From Corallococcus sp. NCRR (GTDB lineage: Bacteria > Myxococcota > Myxococcia > Myxococcales > Myxococcaceae), in NCBI RefSeq assembly GCF_026965535.1, contig NZ_CP114039.1:7907461-7971460 (forward strand): 64,000 bases of DNA. Direction: 5' to 3'. The notes under the pieces are model-generated. The model was given only the letters and a program-made list of their open reading frames with translations, was not told the origin of the DNA and made no database searches. Below are positions 37,928 through 46,646 of this stretch, in pieces. Positions within the stretch are counted from its first letter, which is position 1. The number at the start of each line of letters is the position of its first letter. A program made the position numbers and the translations under genes.

Positions 37928-39701
37928 ATTCGGCCCCGCCTACACTTCTGGTAGCGTTCACCTCTCAATGAGTTCCAACCCGTTTTCGTTTCCTGGGGAT
38001 GCGCTCCCCGACGCTGTCATTTCTGCCTCTAAAACTCGGAAAATCGCGTTCCTGGTAGGCTCTCCCTTGTCGACACAGGAAAGAGCCGACGCGCCCCAGG
38101 TTCCTGGCGTGAGCGCGATGGTGGCTCTGATCCGCGAGCACCTTCCGGCCGAAGCCCAAGCAAAATTTGACGCAGACCGACTGCATAACCAATCCAACGA
38201 GTACCAATGGGCCATGCGCTTCCTGCAGGGCCGAAGCAACAAAACGGCCGCCGAGAAAGTCGTACGAGAAGCTGTCCTCCGGGCACGGCTGGATCGACAA
38301 AAGGATGGCGCTGCCACGGACGAACAGCTTGACCAAGACTATCGTGGATGGGCGCTGCCGCCTGCGACGGAGCACCTCGGCAAACTCCTGGTGGAGAGGG
38401 CCGACAAGTTTGGTCCTGTCTTGACTACAAACTTCGACCCCCTCATCTCCGCGTCAATCAAGATGGCTGGCGGGAATTTCCATCGCACCCTCGTAGTCAA
38501 CGACAGTCCCTTCGGGCATACGACGCCGTCCTCCAACTCGACACACATCATTCATCTGCACGGGTACTGGCACAATTCGCCCACGCTACATACCAGCGCA
38601 CAGATCGCTCGTGATCGTGATCAGGTCGCCGCAGAACTCGTTCAGATCCTTCAAAACCACACACTCATTGTCGTCGGATACGGCGGCTGGGATGACATCT
38701 TCACCAAGACGCTCTCAGCGATCAACGCCAACCGGCACAATGACGTCGACATTCTCTGGGCATTCTACGAAACCGAAGCAGACCATCTGCTTGAGGCTCG
38801 CTATCAGCATCTATTCAGCAAGGTCACCAACTTAAGAGGCAATACGGGCCTTCGCTGCTACAGCGGAATCAATTGCCACAAATTCTTCCCTGAACTGCGG
38901 AGGCAGTTTGACGCATCCATTGCCCCGCAGACGCTCCCTCCCAGCACAATCCGACCGCCACCGCAGCCATCCTCCACAAGGGCCCCAAGCTCCAAAGCAT
39001 CTGAGCCAGTCGCCTCGACATCCTCAAGTGCGGCGAAGCCACCCGCGCCTGTGCCCCCCGTGTCGGACCGTCCCGCCTCCCCTTCCATTCCGAAAACAGA
39101 CGGCTCGGGCAGCCCTCCGAAATCGGGCTCCAGGAGGATCCTTACGTTTGCGGCAGCCGCGCTGATTGCCGGCGGGATGGCAGCAGTCTGGCCATCCCCG
39201 AGCAAAGACGTCAGCAATGACGTCTTCGTCGTTCAGACTCCGCGCAATCTGAGGCCTGTCCAGCCGCAGCCTCCTGCGGCTTACACTCCGTTCCCATCTC
39301 CCGCCGGTGGAACACTCCGGACCGCCCGCCAGCAACACCAGGTCGTACCTGCTTCGGACGCCGAACGTGGGACTCGCGTCTCGCAGCTTCCCAGGGGCCG
39401 TTACGCCTTTGTCCCGATGAGCGCTGTTCCCACCTATAGCGCGGACACATCCATCTATGGCCCGATCCAGGAGGGAATCGAGCTTCATCGCGCCCTCTCG
39501 GATGGGTCCCTGTACCTCGTGGGCTACGCGGATGCTCCAACCATCACGGCCCTGGGATATCCGAACCCTGCTCCCATCGTCATCACCCCCACGCCCAGCA
39601 ACAGAAGGACGCAGGTCGCGAGCATTCCCGTGACCCGGATGGCCACCGCGGAAGTTCGCATGGACAAAGGCACCCGCGTGTTGGTCCTCCACCTCAACTA
39701 A
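37911..39701 (+). CDS. SIR2_2-family (defence-type sirtuin-like) protein with Pro/Ser-rich linker, single TM helix and C-terminal domain; GTG start at 37911 overlaps the upstream gene (alternative ATG 37968)
   Basis: SIR2_2 motifs KIAFLVGSPLS, VLTTNFDPLISAS, HIIHLHGYWHN, LIVVGYGGWDDIF; low-complexity PPQPSSTRAPSSKAS... linker; TM ILTFAAAALIAGGMAAVWP; about 190-aa C-terminal region. Confidence 0.72.
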   Translation: MSGPHEFGPAYTSGSVHLSMSSNPFSFPGDALPDAVISASKTRKIAFLVGSPLSTQERADAPQVPGVSAMVALIREHLPAEAQAKFDADRLHNQSNEYQWAMRFLQGRSNKTAAEKVVREAVLRARLDRQKDGAATDEQLDQDYRGWALPPATEHLGKLLVERADKFGPVLTTNFDPLISASIKMAGGNFHRTLVVNDSPFGHTTPSSNSTHIIHLHGYWHNSPTLHTSAQIARDRDQVAAELVQILQNHTLIVVGYGGWDDIFTKTLSAINANRHNDVDILWAFYETEADHLLEARYQHLFSKVTNLRGNTGLRCYSGINCHKFFPELRRQFDASIAPQTLPPSTIRPPPQPSSTRAPSSKASEPVASTSSSAAKPPAPVPPVSDRPASPSIPKTDGSGSPPKSGSRRILTFAAAALIAGGMAAVWPSPSKDVSNDVFVVQTPRNLRPVQPQPPAAYTPFPSPAGGTLRTARQQHQVVPASDAERGTRVSQLPRGRYAFVPMSAVPTYSADTSIYGPIQEGIELHRALSDGSLYLVGYADAPTITALGYPNPAPIVITPTPSNRRTQVASIPVTRMATAEVRMDKGTRVLVLHLN

Positions 39702-39707
39702 CAATCA

Positions 39708-40370
39708 ATGACACTCAACAATCGAATCCTCATTCTTGGGCTGACGTCGGTTATCCTGCTAGCGGGCTGTGGGCCCGAGGACTTCAGCCCGGGCCCCATC
39801 ACGGAAGACCCGCCACTCGAAGAAATTTGTACTTCGGCGAACTGCGCAGGCTGCTGCGATCCAACCACGAACAAGTGCGTCGAAGTTCGCACCAACGATG
39901 CATGCGGAGTCACCGGCACCCAATGCACGAAGTGCGCGACCGGGACCATCTGCCATCCATCACAGCAGCAGTGCTACACCCCCACCATCCGCACGAAGAT
40001 CCAGCCTCTGCGCGCCCAGATCGCGCCGCAGGATCCTGCCGACAACAGTGATTGGGATGTGGATGGCTCGCCGCCGGATGTCGTGATCAAGCTGTCCTGC
40101 CCCAACGCGCAGCCTGCGCCCCCATCCGAGGAAGTTGAAAGCTTCACTCCCACCTGGACGAAGGGGGCATGCGACGTCCTGAGCACCGATCTGCTTTCGG
40201 CCCCCATCCAGTTCAGCGTCATCGACGTCGACACCCTCTTTGACGACCCGATTGCGTCGGTGCAGTACCAGGTGACTCGAGCCGACACTGACCGTGGCGT
40301 CCTGGAGTTCACGGGGTCCGGTGCGTTGCTCTCCGTGGCTTTCCAGGTCACCACCTACTACGCCGAATAG
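39708..40370 (+). CDS. Cys-rich lipoprotein (paralogue of 47184..47801)
   Basis: Lipobox ILLAGCGP; Cys-rich N-terminal module (CTSANCAGCCDPTTNKCVEV...CGVTGTQCTKCATGTICH...CYTP); shared motifs DWDVDGSPPDVVI and VQYQVTRAD with the 47184 gene; starts 7 nt after the SIR2 gene. Confidence 0.58.
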   Translation: MTLNNRILILGLTSVILLAGCGPEDFSPGPITEDPPLEEICTSANCAGCCDPTTNKCVEVRTNDACGVTGTQCTKCATGTICHPSQQQCYTPTIRTKIQPLRAQIAPQDPADNSDWDVDGSPPDVVIKLSCPNAQPAPPSEEVESFTPTWTKGACDVLSTDLLSAPIQFSVIDVDTLFDDPIASVQYQVTRADTDRGVLEFTGSGALLSVAFQVTTYYAE

Positions 40371-41488
40371 ACGGATACCTCGATCCGCCGCCAGCGTTGC
40401 TGGATGCTGGCGGCCATGTGCTTGCGGAGGTTTGCCATCCAGCGCTGACACGTCCTGGTCGCATCCTGCTCCCCTGCATTGAAGCCCAGTTCCAGGTCGA
40501 GGGCCCAATGCAGACTGGTGATGGCCTCGAGCCGCAGCTCATCCGGGGCCTTGAGCCGCGAGCGGGCCGCTGCCTCGAAGCATGGGTCCAGGAGGAGTGC
40601 CGCGATCGTGAGTTGAGGGCACGCCCCGCTTCGCCGGTCGATCAGCTCCCACAGTGCCGCCAGTGGCTCCGGACGCGCTCCGCCAATCAGCATCGCGACA
40701 ACGGCCAGCTTGTGGAAGATGGGATGTGTCTCACGGAAGAGCGCGAGGATTTCAGCATCCACGCCAGGACTCATCTCCACCGCTGCTTCCACGTGCAGCA
40801 CCAGCTCCTTACGGTCCAACCATCGGAGCGCGCGCGGGCCGGGGTCGAGAAGGAGGGCATCCATGAACGATGGGTACCCGCCATACTCCTGATAATAGCG
40901 CACACCTGCATTGCCCAGTCCCGCCCGCGCGTAGGTGCGAGGCCGGTCCGACAGAACGCCCGCGACACACGCTTCCTCCATGTCACAGCAAGACAACTCC
41001 GCGCCTCGGAGATTGGCGCAGCGCAGGTCCGCCTTCATCAATGTCGCTGCGGTCAAACGGGCGCCCTGAAGCCGGACGCGGCGGAATGAGCCGCGCACCA
41101 GGTTCGAAGCCGTGAGGGTCGCCCCTTCCATGGAGGCATCGTCCCAGCAGGTGCCCATCGCGACACACGCCATCAAACTGGCGCGCTCCAATCGCGCCCA
41201 GGACAGCGAGGCACCTGACAACGTGGCGAAGTCGAGCCGCGCCTCTTGGAGCCCGCAGTCGTCCAGACGGGCGCCATCGAGCCGTACATGGACGAGATCC
41301 GCGCCCGGTAGCTCTTCTTGTGTGAGGTCGATGCCTCGGAGATCCCCCACTTGGGGCCCCAGTGCATCCGCTCCCGGAAAGCCCTTGAGGACTTCACGCC
41401 AGGGCCCCTGGAATCCCGAGGCGAGCAGTCGCTCGCGCCGATGCAAGCCATCAGGTGTGAGCCAGCGCTCTGTCAGTTCGGGCAGCAT
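40358..41488 (-). CDS. Pentapeptide-repeat protein
   Basis: Many tandem A(D/N)LxG-type pentapeptides (ADLVHVRLDGARLDDCGLQEARLDFATLSGASLSWARLERASL...; ADLRCANLRGAELSCCDMEEA). Confidence 0.8.
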   Translation of the reverse strand: MLPELTERWLTPDGLHRRERLLASGFQGPWREVLKGFPGADALGPQVGDLRGIDLTQEELPGADLVHVRLDGARLDDCGLQEARLDFATLSGASLSWARLERASLMACVAMGTCWDDASMEGATLTASNLVRGSFRRVRLQGARLTAATLMKADLRCANLRGAELSCCDMEEACVAGVLSDRPRTYARAGLGNAGVRYYQEYGGYPSFMDALLLDPGPRALRWLDRKELVLHVEAAVEMSPGVDAEILALFRETHPIFHKLAVVAMLIGGARPEPLAALWELIDRRSGACPQLTIAALLLDPCFEAAARSRLKAPDELRLEAITSLHWALDLELGFNAGEQDATRTCQRWMANLRKHMAASIQQRWRRIEVSVYSA

Positions 41489-41591
41489 GGCCGGGCTATA
41501 ACACCTGGAACCAGAGGCGTTCGATGCCCTCCGGAACGTTCGCTATTCCTGATGCCGGGAGCACGGGTACCAGTGGGTATGATGCAAGGCC

Positions 41592-43043
41592 ATGTACCCG
41601 ATTCGCCGCCTTCTCGTTCGTGGACCGTGGTTGTTCGACCTCCGACCGCATCGGCTCATCGCCTTCCACGGAGCTGAAGGCATGCGCCGGGAGGTAGAAG
41701 GAGACGTGCCGGAGTACTCGTCCGCGCCCGTAGTGCTCGCCGCGCTCAATGAGTCAACGGACGTCTGGGTGGGAAGCGGGGATCGGCGTGTCTTCTCCGT
41801 GAGCACCGATGTGAGCGCATCCGTTCAGGCCTTTCCGAGGGAATGCTTCGATCTCACCTCCGATGGGAACCGGCTCATTGGAACGATGGTGGACGGCGCC
41901 CTCAAGCTGACCACCGTCTTCACGACCGATGGGTCCGGGCAGCGTTGGGAGCCCATGACTTTGCCCAAGCCCGTGTCCACCACGCACGGGTATGGCTATT
42001 CCGAGGGACGCCCTCCCCGTCAGTCCCCAGATGGGGCGTTCCTCGACACGAGCCCCTTTGGCATCACCGTCGTGGAGAAGGGCCGGGGCCGCGTCTACGT
42101 GCTCCGCTCGGGGGCGGCTCAGCCGGAGGGCGCGCTCCAGGTGGAACCGGGCCATGAGCAGGACATCTGGCGGGCCCTGGCCACTTCCCAGGGTGTGCTT
42201 CTCCTGCTCGTCATCGACTACCGGCAGACGGTGCTTCTTCACTTCGCGCTCGACGGCACCCTACTCGGCTCCCTCCCGTCCAACGATGAGGATGAGGACG
42301 AAGATGACGTTGAACTGACCTGGGGCGGTAAAGGGGTGTGCGTTCTCGACTCGGAGCGGGCGCTCCTCTTCGTGCAGGACAAGACCCTCCTGGTATCCCT
42401 GCCCGGGCTCCAGGTGCTTGAGACGCTCGCGGGGGAGTGGCCCCAATTCGTGTCCGTGGCGCCCGCTGGGCCAAACCGGTGGTGGGTGGGGTCCGAGGAC
42501 AGTGACGCGCTCTTCCTGCTCACCGCCGAGCCCGGACAGCCCTTGCGCCTCGACACCTCGAACCGTCCGGTGAGCCCGGGCGCGCCGCTCATGCACGTGG
42601 GCTACAAGACACCCACGCTCCACTGGACCGAACACACCTCGGCACCGCTGACTGTGTCCGCGCCCGTGTCCGAGACGTGGCGGGCGGTGGTGCGCAATGA
42701 CGGGACCGCGTGCGAGGCGGTACGGATCCGCGTGTCCGGGGTGCTCATCGGTGCTCGTGTGGTGGACGTGAGCGTGCGGTATCGCGGTCAGCCACTCCCG
42801 ATGGAGGAGGAGCACCGCGTGAACGTCGTGGGGGTTACCGGCGGCCTGGAGGCAGGGGCCACCGCGGAGCTGGAGATGACCTTCAAGCCCCGGAGCGAGG
42901 GCTCAGGACCGCTGACCATCACCGTCGAGCCATGCTCCTGGCAGTCTCAGGGCAAAGAGTGGCAGTGGGACAAAGAGCCGTCTCGCGTCCTCGTGGTGAC
43001 GGGCCATTCGGCATCCGCTCAATTCCTGCTCACGGTGGAGTAG
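41592..43043 (+). CDS. Hypothetical protein (possible beta-propeller-like N-terminal half plus Ig-like C-terminal)
   Basis: 483-aa ORF with ATG at 41592, consistent coding bias, no recognisable catalytic motif. Confidence 0.5.
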   Translation: MYPIRRLLVRGPWLFDLRPHRLIAFHGAEGMRREVEGDVPEYSSAPVVLAALNESTDVWVGSGDRRVFSVSTDVSASVQAFPRECFDLTSDGNRLIGTMVDGALKLTTVFTTDGSGQRWEPMTLPKPVSTTHGYGYSEGRPPRQSPDGAFLDTSPFGITVVEKGRGRVYVLRSGAAQPEGALQVEPGHEQDIWRALATSQGVLLLLVIDYRQTVLLHFALDGTLLGSLPSNDEDEDEDDVELTWGGKGVCVLDSERALLFVQDKTLLVSLPGLQVLETLAGEWPQFVSVAPAGPNRWWVGSEDSDALFLLTAEPGQPLRLDTSNRPVSPGAPLMHVGYKTPTLHWTEHTSAPLTVSAPVSETWRAVVRNDGTACEAVRIRVSGVLIGARVVDVSVRYRGQPLPMEEEHRVNVVGVTGGLEAGATAELEMTFKPRSEGSGPLTITVEPCSWQSQGKEWQWDKEPSRVLVVTGHSASAQFLLTVE

Positions 43044-44199
43044 CGCGAACCTTCTCGGGCTCGGGTGCGGCGCTCATCCTCCAGAGCAGGGCGCCTCCCC
43101 CAATGACGACTCCCAGGCCCACTGCCGCCGCGAGGATCCATCCTCGTCCCAGGCGGGGCCGTGCCTGGCTCTCCGGGCCGTCCGGAGCCGGGGCAATGAC
43201 GCTCGGATCGTCGCTCGGTGAGACCTGTTGGACGAGTTGGGCCACCTGTTTCGGTGTCACCGGCTCCCTCACCGAACGGATGAAGGCCTCCAGGTCCTTC
43301 CGGAACGCGTGGCAGTCCGGATACCGCTCGTCCCGATCCTTCGCGAGCGCCCGGGCGAGGATGGCTCGTAGGGCATCGGGCAGGTCTGGCCGGTGCTGCT
43401 CGGCAGGGACGATGGGCTCAGTCGCGACGACCCGAAACAAGTCCCAGTCGGACGTGGACTCAAAGGGCCTACGCGTGGTGAGCAGTTCGTAGAGCACCAG
43501 ACCCAGCGCGTAGACGTCCGCCCGCCGGTCCAACGGCCTGCCCATGACCTCCTCGGACGCCATGTACCTGTACTTGCCTAGGTTGGGCATGGGGTGTTCG
43601 GGTGTCCACCGGATCCGGAAATGCTCGATGCCGAAGTCCACCACCTTCGTCGTCCCCTGGCGCGACAGGAGGATGTTGTACGGCCGGATGCAGCGGTGGA
43701 TGAGCCGCAGCGGCTGGTTCGTCTCGGGGTCGGTGAGGTCGTGGGCATAGGCGAGCCCCTCGCAAGCTTGCGAGATGATGCGCGCGCACAGCGTCGCTGG
43801 CAGGGTCATCCGCTGGGCCACCACGTGATTGATCACCCCGCGCAGGCTGGGCCCATCAACGTGCTCTCTCGCGAGAAAGTACGTGCCTTCCGCCTCACCT
43901 ACATCAAAGACCTTCCCGAGGTGCGGGTGCGTGAGCCGGGCGGCGTCCCTCGCCGTGTCGAGGAACATCTCCGGGACATCCACCTGCTCCGCCATGTCCG
44001 AGCGGAGGCACTGGAGCACCAGCGTCTTCTCGACGCCCCGCGGGCCGGCGGCCGTGGCCAGATGGTCCTCGATGATGCCTTCGGAGAGCAGGCGGATGCG
44101 CTGGTATTTGCCGACTTGGGATGTCACGGGGCGTATGAATAGCAGACCATGACCCGCTACCGCTTCCTTGGGCTTCTGCTGGCGCTGCTGCCTCTCCAT
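43030..44199 (-). CDS. Degenerate Ser/Thr protein kinase (pseudokinase) with C-terminal TM anchor
   Basis: Kinase fold recognisable (DFG present: VVDFGIE; C-lobe YALGLVLYELL) but no Gly-loop, beta3 Lys absent (VLQCLR), catalytic loop HRCIRPYN instead of HRDLKPxN, SEE instead of APE; TM GWILAAAVGLGVVIGGGALLW; ATG at 44199 (alternative GTG at 44127); the track ORF upstream extension is antisense. Confidence 0.6.
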   Translation of the reverse strand: MERQQRQQKPKEAVAGHGLLFIRPVTSQVGKYQRIRLLSEGIIEDHLATAAGPRGVEKTLVLQCLRSDMAEQVDVPEMFLDTARDAARLTHPHLGKVFDVGEAEGTYFLAREHVDGPSLRGVINHVVAQRMTLPATLCARIISQACEGLAYAHDLTDPETNQPLRLIHRCIRPYNILLSRQGTTKVVDFGIEHFRIRWTPEHPMPNLGKYRYMASEEVMGRPLDRRADVYALGLVLYELLTTRRPFESTSDWDLFRVVATEPIVPAEQHRPDLPDALRAILARALAKDRDERYPDCHAFRKDLEAFIRSVREPVTPKQVAQLVQQVSPSDDPSVIAPAPDGPESQARPRLGRGWILAAAVGLGVVIGGGALLWRMSAAPEPEKVRATPP

Positions 44200-45900
44200 G
44201 TCAGCGCTGTCCCCATTCCAGCGGAGCAGTTGGTGGGAACCTGGGGCAGTGAGCGCGTCCTCGGACCTCAGGTTCGCGGAGAGTTGACACTGGTTCGTGA
44301 AGGAACGACGTGGCGAGCATGCATCGCGGGCTTCGACGTCCCGGCCCAGGTCGAGGGCCGCAAGGTGTCCGTCGTCTTCCCAGGCGGCGAACTCCGAGCG
44401 ACGTTGGCGGAGAACGGCCAGATCATCTCGGGGCACTGGATCCAGCCGCGCGTGCTCATGAGCGGCATGAAGTTCGCCTCTCCCGTGGAGCTGCGCGCGC
44501 TTCAGCCGAGGGTCTGGCGCGGCAACGTGGCTCCGCTGGAGGACCGGTTCTCGCTGTACCTCGTCGTCCAGAAGCAGCCTGACGGCTCCGTGACGGCATT
44601 CATCCGCAACCCGGAGCGGAACTTCGGCAACCGCATGCTGTTCCGCGTGGAGCTCCAGGACCGCACGGTCCGGCTCACGTCCACCAAGGACAACACCCGT
44701 ATCGAAGGCACGTTCGACGCGCAGTCCGGACGGCTGTCCCTCCCCTACCCTCCCTTCGACACGATGTTCGACTTCACCCGCCGGGACCGTTCGCAGGCCG
44801 TGGGTCTCTACTCCCGCACACCTGCTCCCGGCCCCTACGCCTACCAAAAGCCCATCGCGGAGGATGACGGTTGGACCACGGCATCCCCTACCGACGTCGG
44901 CATGGACATCCAGCCGCTCCAGCAACTCGTGCAGCGCATCCTCGACCAGGAACCGAGCCCGGAATCCGTCCCCGCCATTCAGGGCCTGCTCATCGCGCGC
45001 CATGGAAAGCTCATCCTCGAAGAGTACTTCCAGGGCTTCGACAAGGAGCGTCCCCATGACCTGCGGTCCTCCTCCAAGTCCTATGCGTCCCTGCTGATTG
45101 GCATTGCCCTGGACCAGGGCGCCCCCTTCACCGTGGACACGCCCGTCGCGTCACTCTTCCCCGAGTACAAGGGCAAGCTCTCCAACCTGGACGCGCGCAA
45201 GCGCAAGCTCACCGTCGCTCACCTGATGACCATGGCCACGGGTCTGGCCTGTGACGACGACGATCCGGATTCACCTGGCAACGAGGACCGGCTCGAGGAC
45301 TCCGTACCGGATTGGTACAAGTACACGCTAGACCTCCCCATGGTCCGCGCTCCCGGCGGTGGGAAGGCCGTGTACTGCTCCGCGAACATCAACCTGCTCG
45401 GGGGCATCCTCCACAACACCACCCGCACCTGGATCCCCGAGTTCTTCACCCAGAACGTCGCCACGCCCCTCCAGATGCGCGGCTACCACCTGGACCTGAT
45501 GCCCGACGGCGAGCAGTACCTGGGCGGCGGCATCTACATGCGTCCCCGCGATGCCCTGAAGCTCGGGCAGCTCTACCTCTCCGGCGGCACGTGGAATGGG
45601 AAGCGCGTGGTGAGCCAGCGATGGGTGGAACGCTCCGTCGCGAAACAGGCGACGATGCCGGATGGACGAACCTACGGCTACACGTGGTGGCGCCATGAGC
45701 TTCGCGTCGGTGACCGGGTGTATTCGCAGTACGAAGCCAGCGGCAACGGTGGCCAGCTCGTGATGGTCGTCCCGGAGCTGGACCTCGTCGTGCTGTTCAC
45801 CGCGGGCAACTACAACCACGTCTCCCTCTGGCGGAAGTTCCGCGAGGAGCTCCTGCCCCGGTACGTCATGGCCGCGGTCACGGCTCCCCCGCGGCCCTGA
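44149..45900 (+). CDS. Beta-lactamase-family serine hydrolase (class C / PBP-like) with N-terminal extra domain
   Basis: Signal peptide MTRYRFLGLLLALLPLHVSA; SxxK motif SSSKSYASLLIGIAL; YxN-like; starts 50 nt inside the divergent pseudokinase 5' end. Confidence 0.8.
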   Translation: MTRYRFLGLLLALLPLHVSAVPIPAEQLVGTWGSERVLGPQVRGELTLVREGTTWRACIAGFDVPAQVEGRKVSVVFPGGELRATLAENGQIISGHWIQPRVLMSGMKFASPVELRALQPRVWRGNVAPLEDRFSLYLVVQKQPDGSVTAFIRNPERNFGNRMLFRVELQDRTVRLTSTKDNTRIEGTFDAQSGRLSLPYPPFDTMFDFTRRDRSQAVGLYSRTPAPGPYAYQKPIAEDDGWTTASPTDVGMDIQPLQQLVQRILDQEPSPESVPAIQGLLIARHGKLILEEYFQGFDKERPHDLRSSSKSYASLLIGIALDQGAPFTVDTPVASLFPEYKGKLSNLDARKRKLTVAHLMTMATGLACDDDDPDSPGNEDRLEDSVPDWYKYTLDLPMVRAPGGGKAVYCSANINLLGGILHNTTRTWIPEFFTQNVATPLQMRGYHLDLMPDGEQYLGGGIYMRPRDALKLGQLYLSGGTWNGKRVVSQRWVERSVAKQATMPDGRTYGYTWWRHELRVGDRVYSQYEASGNGGQLVMVVPELDLVVLFTAGNYNHVSLWRKFREELLPRYVMAAVTAPPRP

Positions 45901-45907
45901 CCGGCGT

Positions 45908-46567
45908 TCAATCGCGGTCCGGCGCTCCCAGCGGGAAGAAATGCCGGTAGGGCCGCCCCCCATCCACCGCGCGGGCAACGGACGGGCGCGCGAGCAACCT
46001 CGCGCGATAGGCGCGCAGTTGGGGACACGACTCGGGAATCCGATGCGTCCAGTCCGCGTAGAACAGCGACGGCGCGGCCGCACAGTCCGCCAGAGTGAAG
46101 TCGTTGCCCGCCGCCCAGGTCCGGCCCCCCAGCTGCCCTTCAATCCAGCCGTAGGCGCGCTCCAGTTTCTCCACCGCCATCTTCATCCCGTCCTGGCGCT
46201 TCACCGGATCCCCCGTCAGCGCTCCGTCCACGGCGTGCTGGGCCGCGTTCATGACGTGCAGGTCGAAGAAGCGGTCGAGGAACCGCACGTCCAGCGCGGC
46301 CATCGGTTCCTCCGGCAACAGGCGCACCTGCCCGGGATGCTTCAGCTGGAGATACTCGATGATGATGCTCGTCTCGACGACCTGACGGTCCCCGTCCACC
46401 AGCAGCGGGAACTTGCGCAGCGGCCAGCGGCGCAGCCATTCGGCTGAATGCTCCGGCGTCTCCGGGCTGATGCTTCGAAACTCGAAGGACGTGCCGTTCT
46501 CGTACAGCGCGATGAGCACCTTCTGCGTGTACGAAGAGAAATAGTGACCGTAGACCGCGAGCGACAT
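45908..46567 (-). CDS. Glutathione S-transferase family protein
   Basis: MSLAVYGHYFSSYTQKVLIALYENG...FPLLVDGDRQVVETSIIIEYL thioredoxin-like N-domain; ATG at 46567. Confidence 0.8.
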   Translation of the reverse strand: MSLAVYGHYFSSYTQKVLIALYENGTSFEFRSISPETPEHSAEWLRRWPLRKFPLLVDGDRQVVETSIIIEYLQLKHPGQVRLLPEEPMAALDVRFLDRFFDLHVMNAAQHAVDGALTGDPVKRQDGMKMAVEKLERAYGWIEGQLGGRTWAAGNDFTLADCAAAPSLFYADWTHRIPESCPQLRAYRARLLARPSVARAVDGGRPYRHFFPLGAPDRD

Positions 46568-46646
46568 CGTTGGACCCCTCCATGAGACCACTTGCGTTTC
46601 GCAATGGGTTGAACCGTAGTTGGACCCCTTGCATACTGCAAGGAGC

